Source: Octopus vulgaris
Lineage: Eukaryota
Length of the DNA: 64,000 nucleotides
Assembly (NCBI GenBank): GCA_951406725.2
Contig: OX597820.1
Location: 87,296,001-87,360,000, forward strand
Direction: 5' to 3'
Part shown: in pieces, positions 61,501-64,000 of the stretch
Position numbering within the stretch: the first letter of the stretch is position 1
Layout: each line of letters begins with the position of its first letter
Notes under the pieces: generated by a model
What the model was told of the DNA's origin: nothing
Seen by the model: only the letters and a program-made list of their open reading frames with translations
Databases searched by the model: none
Made by a program: the position numbers and the translations under genes

Positions 61501-62640
61501 AAACCAGTATCAGAAAGCAGCTGGAATTCTGGATCATAGAGGTCACAATATTTTAACATTGCAGACGTGTACTGAGTACGAAGCAACTCATCCAGAAAGC
61601 GTCTCCCTCTTTTCTTCCGAATCATGCCTTACCACTAAAAACTAATGAAACTGATGATTATGCTGAAATGAACTATAACACATAGTATTTATTGAACAGA
61701 TAACTGGAATAGATTATTTCTAAGTTAAAAGACTTTCGCTTAGACCCGACTCATCTCTGATTTGATGCGAGTTATCGTTATAGGAAATATAAAGAGTATT
61801 ATTACAACATTTCTGTAAATGAAACAGGTTTAGCAAAGACAAAGTAAGACGGAAAATGAGTTACTTGCATCCTACTTTCTAATGTTCATATTTTAGTATG
61901 CCACCTATGACAATATATAACATGTATTACTTCATTTCCGGGTGATAAACAATTGTTGTGCACAAAAAGACTATATGCAAAAAAATAAAAGTAAAAGATG
62001 TGAACGCTCTGAAGACAGGAACAATTTCCTTTAAAAGATTATTTATTAATCTTTTTCTACCGTCCATTCATTGTAGACTTTATTGAAGTAGACAGCTTTC
62101 TTTTTTTACCGTAAGAATTTTTGTGTAGGCAATCGAATTGGAATGTAATCTTTTGATGCCAATATTTCAAAGGATTCCGTTTTGAACTTCTGGTTTATTA
62201 TCAAGAAAATCCAATGATAAAAGGTGACTTATCATTCAGCAGCGAGAATAGCAAATGGTCGCAATCTAACTCCATCATTTCCCCTTTCGTGCATAAATAT
62301 GTGCCATCCATCTGAAGACAGAAAAGAATTGCAGTAGAAAGTTGATAATATTTTCACTAAGAGACAATTATTATTTTTCTTTCGAAAAGACTTTCAACAT
62401 CAGTTCCGGTTAATTGTCCTTCAGAATGCAACAGATCTACTTGGTTCTTGAAGTTGTAAATCGAAAAAGTCACATTCTTTGAACTATAAATGCAAAAAGC
62501 TTATCTTTAAAGAGTTCACTTCTTCGACATTTTGTCCGATTTCTATTGCGACAGTTGCCGTTGTTCCCATTGCGATTTGTGTAGGTGTAGCCACTATATA
62601 GATTATTCAGGGAATTGTCTTCAATATTATTTACTAGAAT

Positions 62641-62845
62641 AAGGTGACGAGCTGGCAGAATCGTTAGCACTCCGGCCAAAATGCTTAGCAACATTTTACC
62701 CAACTTTACGTTCAAATGCCGTCGAGGTCGACTTTACATTTCATCCTTTCCAGGTCGATAAAATAAGTACCAGTTGAATACTGAGGTCGATGAAATAGAC
62801 TAGCCCCTCGCTCATAATTTCAGGCCTTGTGCCTATAGAAGAAGG
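62641..62845 (+). mobile_element. SINE family B
   Basis: AAGGTGACGAGCTGGCAGAATCGTTAGCAC..GTCGATAAAATAAGTACCAG. Confidence 0.85.
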
Positions 62846-63166
62846 GAAATTATTTGCTAGAATCACAAGTGCGTTGGATAGAAATGCCTTGCACCCTTTA
62901 GTTAAAATACTGAGCTCAAATCTCAGCGAAGAAATTATAAGGTTGCAAAATTTTCGACTACGCTGTCATTACTCTGTATGTTGGTGAGTGTGTGTAGGTG
63001 TGCGTGTACATTTGCACATGTGTATGCATTTTCATATGTGAATGCACATGTGTATGCATTTTTGTGTACCAATGACCAGTATCGAATCCCGCAGATAGAG
63101 TATAAGGAGTATTTATGCATACATACGTAATATATACATAAATGTTCGCGCGCGCGCGTGTGTGTA

Positions 63167-63275
63167 TGTCATTATTCAGTTTAGTTTAAGATTTCTTGCC
63201 AATAGAGAAAGAACCAGATTCTAACCTAGATACAAGGTTCCTTCACTGGAGATTCAACAACAACAAGGTATTTTT
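63167..63275 (-). mobile_element. Solo 3' UTR of the RLE LINE family at 25572
   Basis: GTCATTATTCAGTT..AAGATTTCT..CAATAGAGAAAG..CTAACCT..CCTTCACTGG matches 25572-25680. Confidence 0.75.
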
Positions 63276-63329
63276 GTATGTATGTATGTATGTATGTATG
63301 CATGTATGTATGTAATAATCTCAGGTATC

Positions 63330-64000
63330 CATTGGCTGCCAAGGAATCGGATAACAACCCTTCCCATATGTACCTACAACTGCAGGTGTTTGGCAGGGAG
63401 AACCGGAGTGGCCCATTTAATGGAAGAGAAAACGAAAAATCAAATGTGATGTGCTAAGGCTCTATGAAACACGTCGAAGGAAATAAATAAATGTGAGATG
63501 AACAGATGGAAGTGTCATGAGACTGGGAAAACAGAAGGTACGAGAGCTGCAATAGGTATAGGGTTCGTCGTAAGAAAAAAATATATTTCGAAAATTGTTT
63601 CTTGCCAATTGCCTTCATCATGCTTCGGAGTGCTAAGCGTTCATCTCTTAAGAAATGCCACTCTGAAAATCATCCAAACCTATGCTCTCCAAAATATGGG
63701 CGAACACGACGAAGTGGAAGAATTCTACCAAGAGCTAGAGAAAGCGCGTGCTCACAAATCCACTTATACTATAGTGGTGGGAGATTTCAACACAAAGATG
63801 AGAAAAGGACGACGGGAAGAGAAATATGTTAGTAATTTTGGATTAGAAAGAGAAACATAAGAGAAGAACGTCTTGTTACCAAAGTAGACACAAAAAGACT
63901 TTACATGGGAACAGCCTATAAAGGAAGAAGCCCGAAAGGAGATGGATTTGGTTAGCCCCAAACGCTCAACACAAAAATATTATTGACTACATCCTGGCCG
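63330..64000 (+). mobile_element. 5' part of a decayed RTE LINE (APE endonuclease), running off the window end
   Basis: ICTYNCRCL..IKCDVL.LYETRRR; GIGFVV; LKIIQTYA..EVEEFYQEL..TIVVGDFNTK; FTW..PKG..TWL.PN..IDYIL-like motifs. Confidence 0.88.

Noticed and set aside
61413-61625. 70-aa ORF MIRKKRGRRFLDELL...
   Set aside because: The C-terminal part runs into a SINE; no recognisable domain or consistent splice sites.

Overview
Repeat-saturated, AT-rich eukaryotic (metazoan) non-genic DNA. The SINE families and very high microsatellite load look like an octopus (coleoid cephalopod) genome; that is recognition from memory, not a search result. I can support no host protein-coding gene, rRNA, true tRNA or CRISPR array, and most ORF-track entries are microsatellite or SINE read-throughs. 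The window holds CR1/L2-group LINEs (one 3' half with a single nonsense codon), R4/Dong-like, RTE and Tx1/L1-like LINE relics, and at least nine Tc1/mariner copies. It also has a Buster/Charlie hAT, MITEs, a Helentron-type HINE, four tRNA-derived SINE families and Penelope-like pLTR fragments. Most notable observations: (i) several distinct Penelope-like short elements beside (TA)n tracts carry minimal hammerhead-ribozyme motifs with non-canonical features (a U3:A8 covariant in a 476-bp inverted pair, an A6U variant shared by two copies, a 60-nt stem II); (ii) a SINE family and the CR1/L2-group LINE share a 3' tail with a covarying hairpin; (iii) a perfect 218-bp fold-back lies inside a decayed LINE, plus other local templated copies; (iv) a 184-bp unit recurs inside one SINE family at a fixed junction. 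Coordinates were counted by eye and may be off by a few bases.
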